Origin: the human T2T-CHM13v2.0 reference genome, Homo sapiens
Assembly (NCBI RefSeq): GCF_009914755.1
Contig: NC_060943.1
Direction: 5' to 3' (one strand)
Length of the DNA: 64,000 bases
Position numbers and translations under genes: made by a program. The notes below the pieces were generated by a model, which saw only the letters and a program-made list of their open reading frames with translations, was not told the DNA's origin and searched no databases. Each line of letters starts with the position of its first letter. Position 1 is the first letter of the stretch. Positions 58,612-64,000 of the stretch are shown piece by piece.

Positions 58612-59235
58612 ATAATTAATAATTCCTGACTACCTGCTTTGTGCCAGGCACTGGGCTTGGCATTCATAACACTGAGATGGTCATGGTTCTTGCCCCAGGA
58701 ATTCACGGCCTTTTTGGGAGGACCAGTACATACACTCAGGCCCACAAAGCAGGCATCCTGCTGATCAAAGCCTGAATAGAGAAGTGGGTTTGAGCCTGCA
58801 GAGAATGAAGTGGCATTTCAGAGAGAGGGTAGACAAGCAAGGGTATGGAGACACTGCACAGTGACGTCTATGTGCAGAGACCATCTGAGGTTTGGTTTGG
58901 TGTGGGCAAAAGGGGTTGTGCTGTAGCGTGGAATGGAAGGGTGTTTTAGGATTGAGCCATGAAAGTCCTGATTATTCCTTTGGAGGCCAGTGGCCATGAA
59001 AGATCTGGGGCAAATAAATCACAGGCTGAGCTTCTGCTTTAGGCACTCGCTCTGTTGTCCCTGGGGAGGACAGGCTGGCGGTGGGAAACTGGAAGCATGA
59101 AGGCCACCCGCGGGCTGCCATGTTCATAGTCTAGACAATAATTGGTACACACTGGACCTGGTTCTGAAGTCAGCATTGCAAAGGAAAAGATTCAACAGGT
59201 AGAATGGATTAGTCCTGGACACCAGTTGGTTATGA
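58612..59235 (-). mobile_element. L2 fragment
   Basis: ctacctgctttgtgccaggcactgggct...atggttcttgccccaggaattcac and downstream degenerate L2-like text. Confidence 0.6.
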
Positions 59236-60101
59236 GGGAACAAAGAGGCAGTGAACTCCAGAAGCCCAACAAGAAGCAAGAATTTAGCACTGGGTGCAAT
59301 TCAGTGGGAAAGTGAGCTTCTGCTTCCAACGTTGCATTGGATTCCTGTTTCTCAGGAACAAGACTGTTTTGCTAAATAGACGCAGGACTGCTATTACTGC
59401 TTTAGAAAAAGTGCTGAATATGTGTTTGCTTGTTCTCTGGAGCCAGTGATGGGGCTCTCCATTTATTTACTTGTTTATTTTTTTGAGCAAATGAAACCCA
59501 GCTCTGGGCCCTGACCTCTCTGAGTGCTGGGTGAAACAGCACATGAGAGCTTCCAGGAACGGCTCATCAACAGCTTCCCGGAAGCAGGGGAGATGCCATT
59601 GCTTCAGAATAACTTCCCCAGCCAGATGTTTTACCAGTTCCTCGAGATGGTAGAGTCTGTGCATGGCTGTGACGCATCAGGGTAGAGATGTTGCGCTTGG
59701 AGGATTAGGTGAACGTCCACAGGAATCCACCTCCTGTTCCAAATTACAGTCTTTCTAGGAAGGTTTCATTTCAAGAGTCACTATTCAAAATCTACCTTCT
59801 TTAAAACTCATGCTGGCCTTGATTACCTGTTCATCTTTCTCCTGGTCCCGACAACTTTCGCTGCTGCCCCTGAGACCCTCAGACTCTAGAAATCCCCCCA
59901 GCTCAGCCCTTCCAACTCTGCCTAAGAGCAAGACTCAGGTGACACCCCTCACTCACCCCACCCCCAAACACACGCTCCCTTGCCATTCTTGGTTTGCTCA
60001 ACAATAAAGAGTCAACGGGAGGATCAGAACATGAGCTGGCTTTGCCCTGAGGCCTGAGTCAGACTCCCAGATGGAAGGATTTATGGTCTTTGTGCAGAAT
60101 T

Positions 60102-60735
60102 GGGGTCAGCAAAGTGTAGCTCGTGGACAAAATCTAACTATTGCCTGGTTTTTTGTTTGTTTGTTTGTTCTTTGTGTTTGTGAAAGGGTCTTGCTTGTTG
60201 TCCAGGCTGTAGTGCACTGGTACCATCATAGCTCACTGCAGCCTCAAACACCTGGCTCAAGTGATCCTCCTGCCTAAGCCTCCTGAGTAGCTGGGACCAC
60301 AGGCATGTCCCTGGCTAATTTTTAAATTTTTTTTGTACAGACAGTCTCACCATGTTGCCCAGGCTGATCTCAAACTCCTGGGCTCAAACGACTGACTTGC
60401 CTCAGCCTCCCAAAGTGTTGGGATTCCAGGCGTGAGCCACTGTGTCCAGCAATTGTTTGTTTTTATACAGCCTGTGAGCTAGGAATGGTTTTTCCATTTT
60501 TTTAATGTTTAGGAAAAAAACTCAAATGAGAATAATAGTAGTTCATCCCACATGAAATTTATATAAAATTTAAATTTCAGTGTCCATAAATAAAGTTTTG
60601 AATTTCATCAATAAAAAGTTGAGGAATATTTGTTTCCTGTCTTGTTCTCTAAATACCTACACAGTATCTTGGATTTTGCCTCTTTGCCTGCAAATCTGGG
60701 ACTATTTATTATTTAACCCTTTATAGAAAAAAATT
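60102..60735. mobile_element. MER58-like hAT-Charlie relic interrupted by an Alu
   Basis: ggggtcagcaaa...cctgtgagctaggaatggtttt...aaatttcagtgtccataaataaagtttt...ccctttatagaaaaa. Confidence 0.75.
60149..60450 (-). mobile_element. Alu (AluJ-like)
   Basis: Reverse dimer with a (TTTG)n tail. Confidence 0.93.
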
Positions 60736-60794
60736 CAGATATGGGGAGACTTATCTTCAATTACCTAGAAAGTCTGGGTTCAAAACTCTAGCTA

Positions 60795-61093
60795 GAGCCT
60801 GGTGTGGTGGCTTGCACCTGTAATCTCAGCTACTTAAGAGGTTGAAAAGAGAGGGTCCCTTGAGGCAGGAGCTCGAGACCAGCCTAGGCAACATAGCGAG
60901 ATCCTGTCTCTAAAACAAACAAACAAAATTGCTGGGCATTGTGGTGTACCTGTAGTCCCAGCTACTCTGGAGGCTAAGGCGGGAGGATGGCTTGAGCCCA
61001 GGAGTTTGAGGCTGCAGTGAGATATAATCGCACCACTGCACTCCCAGCCTGAGATGAGGAACGGGACTTGATCTCTAAAAACAACAACAAAAA
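60795..61093 (+). mobile_element. Alu (AluJ-like)
   Basis: Forward dimer with an (AAC)n-type tail. Confidence 0.93.
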
Positions 61094-61291
61094 TATTCAG
61101 GGATGGGAAGATCTTCTAAATCTTAGCTTATGTGCCTGATGTATCGGCTGCTTTTCTCACTCTCACTATTTGATTTTTGCAAAGTAATAATAATATTGAT
61201 CATACTGGTGATTGCAATTATGATCCTTTGAGCCCTGGGGGCCAGGAAGGTGTGAGCAACAGTGCTGACCGGCCACTCTTTCTGCCCACAG

Positions 61292-61536
61292 GTCACAGGC
61301 CTTTCCAGTGCCGCTACTGTCCCTACAGTGCCTCTCAGAAGGGGAACCTGAAGACCCATGTCCTCTGCGTCCATCGCATGCCTTTTGACAACAGCCAGTA
61401 TCCCGACCGCAGGTTCAAGCGCTCCAGGGTCGACTCAGAGGCTTCTGGGAATTTCGAGGAGCCTACAGCTGTCAAGGCGGGGAGCTCTGCAGACCTCACG
61501 GAAGAGGGCGGCAAGGGCCAGGAGGAGACCAACTGA
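61292..61536 (+). CDS. ZNF536: Terminal coding exon (phase 1, split Gly codon): C2H2 zinc finger plus tail, (G)HRPFQCRYCPYSASQKGNLKTHVLCVHRMPFDNSQYPDRRFKRSRVDSEASGNFEEPTAVKAGSSADLTEEGGKGQEETN*
   Basis: Linker-like GHRPF followed by C-x2-C-x12-H-x4-H starting exactly at a canonical acceptor. CpG/GC-rich coding-like composition; TGA at 61534-61536. The CPYxAxQ pattern is typical of the ZNF217/219/516/536 family. Coding call ~0.95, gene symbol ~0.75. Confidence 0.88.
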
Positions 61537-63081
61537 GCAGACCAACCTGTATATTGCAATAGTATTTTACACAGTTTTAACATTATGCATCTGGTAAAAG
61601 TTTGCTAACTGCATTCCAAGGGGAAAAAATCATGTACAACCCCCCAATAGTGTATAGAACATTTAAAAAATTTTAAAAGATATCTATATATATATTAAAA
61701 AAAAAAAATTCCCCAGCCCTTGAAAATGGCTGCTAAACTGTTACCCGGCAACAAGTACTTCCAAAACAATGCAGGTGGGAGAAAAGTGATTTCAAAAATT
61801 CTTGGTGCCCTCTGAGCTGGAGAGAGCTGGGGGCCCTTCCAACTCGAAAGTCGTCTTTGTCCAAAAATAATGCTCTTAACTGAAAAACGATACCATCTAA
61901 ACGATTTAGTGTTGCGTTGAAGATGGAGGGGCTGTGTTTTCGTTGTTGAAAACACCTCTATAATCTGACACCAGCTGCTGTAATTCGCCTAGAACCCTAA
62001 TGAGATGTGTCGGGAGGCAGCTGCGGTGCCAGTCAGACTGGAGCGGTCACTGCAGAGAAAATCAATTCACGTGGTGTTGTAACTGCACTCTTGGAGAAAC
62101 CTTAGACGGCCCGCAGCCAGCGCCGGGGCTGACCGGCACTGCAGAGGATTGAGATCTTAAATGCGCATTTTTACAAAATACACAGCCAAATGAAATCAAT
62201 GATCAGGAAGTGTCTGCAGACAAATGTCCATTGCAGGTTTGATGAGTAATTCCTTTTTTTAGATCAAATTGTTCTCGGTAGCCTTTTCTTCTTTTTTAAA
62301 AAAAAATTTTGGATGAAGAAGGAAGTTGCTATTAAAAAAAAGTAGGGTACATTATATAAAATGTTGTTAGAAAAACTAGCTAACCCCATCCATAGAAGAT
62401 GCTGGTGAGCAATTAAAATTTAGGTAATAATAGAAAGATTTTTTTACTATGATTTTTAAAATTTTACTTGAATGAAGGCTGCTCCGGTCCTTATTATCGG
62501 ATTTTTTTTCATGTGTTGGTTTTTATAAGTGTCACAGACATGAAGCAAGATTTTCTTCTCCAGCAAGCTCTTATGAAATAGCTTGTATTAAAATATGAAT
62601 CTAAACATCGTGCTCTCTATCTCTAATGACGAAAACTGTTTGAGTTAAAAATGTCTGTTTTTGTAAAACAAATGTGTTCTATATTTTTGTAGATTTTAGA
62701 TTTTCTACTGATTGGATACTCCAAATTTATCAAGTTCTGCACCACACAGAAGGAGATTTTGAGTGTCAATAATGAAACACTTAACTCATTAAAAAAATGA
62801 TTTAAGAAGACTAGTTAAAGGTTTATTCTTGAATCTGCTAGCATGGTGTAAAGTTGAGCCTTTTAACATACTTCCTTTGAGTGACATGAAATTGGTGCTG
62901 TTGCTTGTGGTGGTAGAGAAGTATGAAAGTATTAACTTCTTCTAAAACAAAATCATTCAGACTTAAAAAAAAAAAAAAGGTCAATATTTCCTTGCAGGCT
63001 GGGAGCACAGATTAAACCCCAGGGCCTTAAAAACTTCAGCTCTGCCTACAGCAGTTTACAAAAATACTAAACTGCAATCAA

Positions 63082-63091
63082 TGTAAATAAA
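63082..63091 (+). terminator. Candidate poly(A) signal AATAAA overlapping TGTA / Pumilio element TGTAAATA
   Basis: tgtaaataaa seen directly; usage unverified. Confidence 0.4.
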
Positions 63092-63452
63092 ATTCTTAGT
63101 GCTATCCTGAGACCAGAAAGAATCTCAGGCTAATAAGGAATCCGGTTTGCATATGCTGTCAAAAGGGTGTCATCTAACCGAGGTTTCAGTGTAAATGAGG
63201 TCGCTGTGCAACTTGGACCCATCTGGCATAGAGCAAGCTGCTTTCTTGTTTTTCTAGTATAGTTCTCACTGCCTTACTTAAATCGAGTTGATAAACTTAA
63301 TGCAACTGTTTCTATGATCCTAGAGAAAGGACTGAAATGTTATTGAAAACTTTCCGACTGTAGTAAGCTTTAGGATTTTGACTGCACTACTGTGTTTGGT
63401 GACTGTGCCAGTCCCTTGCTTTCTGTGTTTGCTCTGCCTTTGGTATCTTAGC

Positions 63453-63533
63453 AAAGAAAAATAAAAAAAGAAAAAAAAACATAAAAAAAAAAGAAAAAAG
63501 AAAAAAAAGAGGAAAAAAAAGTGGGGGAAAAAA
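63453..63533. repeat. A-rich low-complexity tract in the 3' UTR
   Basis: Directly visible. Confidence 0.9.
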
Positions 63534-64000
63534 TGAGAGCCACATTCCATTTCTAGCACTTTGGGAGCTCTTTCAGTATTTTTTTGTGTCTTTTCAGCAT
63601 CCTCAGATGCGACAGGCAATAATTCTGTTTGTGACACTGGGAACATCCCCTCTTCTTTGTGGTGTGTGTTGATTCCATTTTGTCCAGTGCTGCTGTCCTT
63701 CCTCCCCCTCTGACACAGGCCTTCTTTCCAGAACATTTGTAACTTGTAATACAAACAAGTGACAGCCACAGTGATGCAGCGTCAGTTTCTGAATGTCATC
63801 AGGTTCTCATATCTAAACATGTCAAGTTTTTTCCCTGTAACTTCTGTAGTCTGTGATGCTGGTCATAATACTGTCTACATTCCTACGCAAAGAAAAAAAA
63901 ATCTATCTTGGAGGAAATCTGAGATCAATAGGAGTAGAGGATTTTGTTGCTATGCTTGTAACAAGTAGAAAACTTTGTATTTAAAGTTTATTCTTGGTCA

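Larger units (their letters stand above)
61537..64000 (+). other. ZNF536: 3' UTR of the terminal exon (true end not determined)
   Basis: Follows the stop codon; AT-rich with no recognisable interspersed repeats. AATAAA at 63086-63091 and 63460-63465, plus several ATTAAA hexamers. Confidence 0.7.

Noticed and set aside
61177-61291. N-terminal 38 aa of the 119-aa ORF
   Set aside because: Starts at TTG and lies upstream of the splice acceptor, so it is intronic read-through rather than coding.
63320-63769. 149-aa minus-strand ORF with a poly-Phe segment
   Set aside because: Antisense translation of the A-rich UTR tract.

Overview
Primate (very probably human) genomic DNA, identified by Alu, L1PA, MaLR LTR, MIR/L2 and MER repeats. 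About 61.3 kb (1-61291) reads as one very long intron on the + strand. It ends at a well-formed 3' splice site into a terminal coding exon (61292-61536) encoding a single C2H2 zinc finger and an acidic tail, followed by an AT-rich, repeat-free 3' UTR of at least 2.4 kb. From memory this peptide is the distal alternative last exon of ZNF536 (19q12, ZNF217/219/516/536 family); I could not confirm this by search, and ZNF516 is the main alternative. The intron holds many transposon relics, repeat-free motif-dense islands (candidate developmental enhancers), three co-oriented strong CTCF cores and three old local direct duplications. It also holds a nested LTR-in-LTR insertion, a templated micro-rearrangement scar, and a 465-nt AG-free pyrimidine tract ending at an antisense-Alu acceptor. 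Almost all ORFs in the supplied track are noise. I found no prokaryote-type system, CRISPR array or RNA gene, and no demonstrably new biological system. The best leads concern regulated use of the distal zinc-finger exon.
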